Source: an uncultured Bacteroidota bacterium
GTDB taxonomy: Bacteria > Bacteroidota > Rhodothermia > Rhodothermales > Rubricoccaceae
Direction of reading: 5' to 3'
DNA length: 64,000 nt
Assembly: GCA_963848075.1 (NCBI GenBank)
Contig: CAWKCB010000004.1
Span: 1,270,376-1,334,375 of the forward strand
The notes beneath the pieces were generated by a model. It searched no databases and had not been told where the DNA came from. It saw nothing but the letters and a program-made list of their open reading frames with translations. This document shows positions 61,004-64,000 of the stretch, in pieces (within the stretch, counting starts at the first letter, position 1; each line of letters begins with the position of its first letter). Both the position numbers and the translations under genes were made by a program.

Positions 61004-61213
61004 CTACGCCCGCCCGTGCGGCACCGGGTGGAGCCGCTGGCGGTCGGCGTAGGCCGCGCGGACGTCGGCCTCGCGGCGGGCCTCGGCGGTGGCGACCTCC
61101 ACGAGCGCCTCCTGGACGAGCTCGCGGAACCACTCGCGGTTGTCGTGGAGCGCGTCGACGAGGGCCTCCTTCATCGCCGCGCGGGCGGCGTCGGTCGTAG
61201 CGAACTCGGGCAT
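61004..61213 (-). CDS. small helical hypothetical protein (antitoxin-like appearance, unverified)
   Basis: 69 aa from ATG 61213: MPEFATTDAARAAMKEALVDALHDNREWFRELVQEALVEVATAEARREAD... It is the natural-looking C-terminal part of a longer shadow ORF. Confidence 0.45.
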   Translation of the reverse strand: MPEFATTDAARAAMKEALVDALHDNREWFRELVQEALVEVATAEARREADVRAAYADRQRLHPVPHGRA

Positions 61214-61311
61214 GCGAACGGGGTGAGGGGCGACGGAAGGTAGAGACGCACGGGCGACCCGGGAGTCCCGGACGGCGTGCCCCACACGGGGCCGGAGCCG
61301 CGCGCCCTGGC

Positions 61312-62862
61312 TCAGCTGTCGGTGCGCTCCTGGTTCGGGACCGCGGCGGCCCCCTCCTCGCCCTCGACGAACTGCTGGTAGTGGGCGAACCGCTCCAGGA
61401 TGATGGAGACGTAGTGGACCGGCTCGAGCCCGCGAGCGTAGCCGTGGCGGACCTCCGGGCGGTTGTACACGGCCGGGTCCGACTTCTGGAGCAGCCAGTA
61501 GGCCACGTCGTCCCAGACGGCCGGATTCCCGCCCTCGGCCTCCGTCAGGCGCATGGCGTCCAAAACGTGGCCGGCGCCGGCGTTGTAGCTGGCCAGGATG
61601 AACTTGATCCGCTCGTCGGGGTCGGCGATCTCGTCGGCCCAGTAGTTGTCTTCGAGCCACTTGAGGTAGCGGGCGGCGGCCTCGACGTTGGCCTCGGGGT
61701 CGTAGGGGTCGGCCAGGCCGAGGTCCTTGGCCGTGGCCGGCATGATCTGGAGCAGGCCCATCGCCCCGGCCCACGACTGGGCGCGCGGCTCGAACCGGCT
61801 CTCCTGGTACATCTGGCTCCCCAGCAGGCGCCAGTCCCAGCCGACGGTCGGCGCGTAGCGCTTGAGCAAGTCGTCGTAGCCGGAGAGGTTGCCGGTCTCG
61901 CCGGTCAAGAACCCCGTCTCGATCCGCTCGCGGTAGCCCCGGCGGTCGACGTAGTACTTCCGGTAGAGCTGGTTCCAGCGCTGGGTCTCGCGGTTCTCGA
62001 CGATCCACTCGTTGAGCGCCGATTCGAGCGCCGGCGCGTTGTCGCGGACGGCCCACGCGATCCCGTGCGGGGCGCCGACCGACGGCTGGACGACCAGGTT
62101 CTCGTAGTACCCCTCCTCGAGCTGGGCCACGTTCTCCTGGGCCACGGTCAGCTCGATGTTGCCGACGGCCACGTTCCGGATGAGCGCCTCGCTCGTGGTG
62201 TCGACCTCGACGATCCGGATGTCGCCCGTGATCCGGTCCTGGAGCTCGACCAGGCGGTCCACGTAGGGGTCGTCACTGGGGAGGAACACCTCCTGGCCGG
62301 CGAGGTCGGCCGGCCGGCGGACCGGCCGGGCCTGGATCGTGACCGGGCCGGCCGGGACGTCGCCGCCGTCGATCTGGCCCCGGCGCTCGGCGATGGCCTC
62401 GGGCACCTCCGGCGCGACGACCTCGGCCGTGTCGACGGGCGCCGTCGCCTGGACGACGACCGGCTGCGTCTCGTACAGGTTCGTGGTGAACCCGAACTTC
62501 GAGGTGTCCTCCTCGACCGGCTGGAGCCGCGCCGCGGCGATGTCGCCCAGGCCCGCGTTGAGGTAGTACAGGATGCTGTCGGGCGGGACCACCTTGATGT
62601 CGAACACGATGTCCTGGTCCTCGGCGAAGTCCCGGAGCAGCTCGTACTCGAAGCCGAACGCCTGGCCCCGGTACAGGAAGTAGCTCGTCGAGGTGTACGA
62701 CGTGAGCGCGACGAGCGTGTCCCGCTCCAGGATGTCGCCCAGGTCCCGCTCGATGGGGTCGGGGATGACGACGGACTCCGGGTTGGCAATGGAGCCGACC
62801 GCGGCAGCGACGAGCCCGCCGACGATCAAGATGGCGACGACGACAGAGGACTTCCGAAGCAT
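61312..62862 (-). CDS. membrane-bound lytic murein transglycosylase F-like (SBP_bac_3 + SLT domains)
   Basis: N-terminal solute-binding-like domain and C-terminal SLT motif MYQESRFEPRAQSWAGAMGLLQIMPATA. Confidence 0.88.
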   Translation of the reverse strand: MLRKSSVVVAILIVGGLVAAAVGSIANPESVVIPDPIERDLGDILERDTLVALTSYTSTSYFLYRGQAFGFEYELLRDFAEDQDIVFDIKVVPPDSILYYLNAGLGDIAAARLQPVEEDTSKFGFTTNLYETQPVVVQATAPVDTAEVVAPEVPEAIAERRGQIDGGDVPAGPVTIQARPVRRPADLAGQEVFLPSDDPYVDRLVELQDRITGDIRIVEVDTTSEALIRNVAVGNIELTVAQENVAQLEEGYYENLVVQPSVGAPHGIAWAVRDNAPALESALNEWIVENRETQRWNQLYRKYYVDRRGYRERIETGFLTGETGNLSGYDDLLKRYAPTVGWDWRLLGSQMYQESRFEPRAQSWAGAMGLLQIMPATAKDLGLADPYDPEANVEAAARYLKWLEDNYWADEIADPDERIKFILASYNAGAGHVLDAMRLTEAEGGNPAVWDDVAYWLLQKSDPAVYNRPEVRHGYARGLEPVHYVSIILERFAHYQQFVEGEEGAAAVPNQERTDS

Positions 62863-62949
62863 GGGCGAGCACTGAGAGAGGTCCGAGTCCTACGGCCCGT
62901 CCTCGCCGGGGGGTCCGAGGAAATCTCAATCCGGTGGCCGCCGGGCTCG

Positions 62950-63834
62950 TCAGCGCCGGTCGCTGAGCACGTCGAGGAGCGCGTCGATCATGGCCGCCTG
63001 CGCGTCCCGGTGCCCGTGCTCGGCCTCGACGTTGACGTAGGGAACGCCCTCCCGCGCCGCCCACACCGAGAGCGAGCCGTCGTCGGTCGCCGCGGCGTTG
63101 TCCTGCAGGACCGCGTTGAAGCCGCGCGCGGCGAGCGCGGCGTAGAGCGCCCGGTCGGTGACGAAGAAGAAGTCGTCCGGGTCGACGCCGGGGTGGAGCG
63201 TCACGGCCTCGGCGTCGCCCGCGTACTCGGCGCCGGGCGCGTACGAGGCCGCCGAGTAGTTGGCGTCCGTGTTGTTGTGGAGCGTCACGACGACGGCCGG
63301 CGGGACGGCCGCGTAGACCGCCAGCACCGAGTCGGCGAAGGCGGCGAGCGCCGCCTCGGCTGGGGCGTCGGCCTGGGAGAGCGACGCCAGCGTCCGCGCC
63401 CGGCCGGCCGGGGTGAACATCCGGTTCGGGTCGGCCCGGACCGTCTGCCCGCCGACGGTGAACGCGAGGTGCCGGTCGCCGGTGTGGACCAGCTCGACCA
63501 CGCGCCCGCCGCGCCGGCCGATCACGTCGAGCGCGGCCTCGACCGACGTCCCCTCGTCGTCGTGCAAGTTGAGCGCGTTGAGCGGGAACTGCTCGAAGCC
63601 TGGGCTCCCCAACAGGTCCGTGATCGGCGCCGTCCACACGCGGACGACGACGGACCCCTCCCCCAACCGGACCGACCGCTCCACCGCGCGGACGGAGTCG
63701 GGGGGGACGCGCTCGCTCGACCGGGTGACGACGGAGTCGGCGCGGCGGTCGCGGTCGCTGGCGACGGCGTCCGGCTTCCCGCCGGTCTGGGCGCACGCGG
63801 AGGCGGCGAGGACGAGGCAGAGGGCGAGGCGCAT
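62950..63834 (-). CDS. hypothetical lipoprotein
   Basis: Lipobox LVLAASAC from ATG 63834. No domain confidently recognised (LHNNTD ... EAEHGH hints at a hydrolase). Confidence 0.55.
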   Translation of the reverse strand: MRLALCLVLAASACAQTGGKPDAVASDRDRRADSVVTRSSERVPPDSVRAVERSVRLGEGSVVVRVWTAPITDLLGSPGFEQFPLNALNLHDDEGTSVEAALDVIGRRGGRVVELVHTGDRHLAFTVGGQTVRADPNRMFTPAGRARTLASLSQADAPAEAALAAFADSVLAVYAAVPPAVVVTLHNNTDANYSAASYAPGAEYAGDAEAVTLHPGVDPDDFFFVTDRALYAALAARGFNAVLQDNAAATDDGSLSVWAAREGVPYVNVEAEHGHRDAQAAMIDALLDVLSDRR

Positions 63835-63892
63835 GGAGGTCGGGGGCGGGACGTTCGGAGTCCGCAAGATCGCGGTCGGCGGCGCACGTCTC

Positions 63893-64000
63893 CTACTCCC
63901 CGACCCCCAGGCTTTGGAGGACCACCTCCAGGATCACGGGCAGCACGTAGAACAGGCCGGCGACGTAGGCCACGGCGTAGAGCCGGTTCTTGAACGCGAG
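63893..64000 (-). CDS. C-terminal fragment of a membrane protein (gene starts beyond the window end)
   Basis: The minus strand reads LAFKNRLYAVAYVAGLFYVLPVILEVVLQSLGVGE then TAG (63893-63895). The frame is open to the window edge. Confidence 0.35.
   Translation of the reverse strand, partial: LAFKNRLYAVAYVAGLFYVLPVILEVVLQSLGVGE

Noticed and set aside
61381-63993. 870-aa plus-strand ORF
   Set aside because: It is antisense to the MltF-like gene and the lipoprotein gene. The composition is low-complexity and R/D/G/V-rich.

Overview
High-GC (about 70% by eye, not computed) bacterial chromosomal segment. Gene content suggests a Bacteroidota/Rhodothermota-type organism: ssb next to a GldE/CorC-like gene, BamD, YfhO, an STN+CarboxypepD_reg TonB receptor with ECF sigma/FecR, BshC, and no Shine-Dalgarno leaders. 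This placement is not verifiable from this window alone. I support about 60 protein-coding genes, mostly housekeeping:
- Nucleic acid and translation: mazG, ssb, rsmA, leuS, tyrS, recX.
- Metabolism: purF, hisD, hisC, a purine nucleoside phosphorylase, plsC, bshC.
- Envelope and transport: ccmC-D-E, mgtE, an NSS transporter, a CPA1 antiporter, bamD, crcB, an MltF-like transglycosylase.
- Others: a dynamin-like GTPase and a class D beta-lactamase-like lipoprotein.

No rRNA, tRNA, CRISPR array, transposase or integrase was recognised. All functional calls rest on motifs read by eye from the supplied translations; no search was run.

Most notable observations:
1. A 2-kb low-GC islet (27972-29994) carries a LuxR solo and a divergent orphan 227-aa beta-rich protein whose sequence landmarks resemble a gasdermin N domain.
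2. A family of G-tract heptad repeats includes a perfect (GGGGTTC)13 upstream of purF and a (GGGGAAC)6 abutting the PNP start codon.
3. A repeat-rich, hairpin-rich element of about 180 bp is inserted in frame inside rsmA.
4. Three REP/MITE-like palindromic elements lie in intergenic regions.
5. An HNH endonuclease gene sits directly after the ssb terminator.
6. CcmE carries CxxxY in place of the canonical HxxxY.
7. Start codons are systematically preceded by C-rich, CCTCC-like leaders.

Many very long ORFs in the supplied track are GC-driven shadow frames and were rejected.
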